From assembly GCA_951406725.2 (NCBI GenBank), contig OX597830.1, positions 42,036,001 to 42,100,000 of the forward strand: DNA of 64,000 nucleotides, given 5' to 3'. The notes under the pieces are model-generated. The model was given only the letters and a program-made list of their open reading frames with translations, was not told the origin of the DNA and searched no databases. A program made the position numbers and the translations under genes. Numbering within the stretch: the stretch's first letter is position 1; each line of letters opens with the position of its first letter. Source of the stretch: Octopus vulgaris (lineage: Eukaryota). Positions 63,991 through 64,000 of this stretch are shown one piece after another.

Positions 63991-64000
63991 TAATAATAAT

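Overview
AT-rich, microsatellite-dense animal DNA. The SINE families and repeat load suggest a coleoid cephalopod (Octopus-like), which is an inference. I find no intact host protein-coding gene: almost all ORFs in the track are microsatellite or SINE read-throughs. The window is intronic or intergenic and holds: dozens of tRNA-derived SINEs from several modular families; an internally deleted piggyBac element (13855-14940) nested inside a mariner MITE; decayed mariner (DD34D) and maT (DD37D) transposase relics; hAT-type and TTAA-type MITEs; and two R4/Dong-like LINE 3' ends sitting in (AAT)n tracts. The most unusual signals are fold-back elements carrying Penelope-type minimal hammerhead ribozyme motifs, one of them wrapped around a tRNA-like Pol III head (16177-16565). 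Also notable are a maT element whose middle is replaced by a copy of nearby flanking DNA, and a CpG-retaining, repeat-poor block (about 28.8-35.1 kb) that looks like an unmethylated promoter. Family letters A-E and H are my own labels. SINE coordinates are approximate (about +/-10-20 nt). TSD/TIR coordinates were counted by hand.
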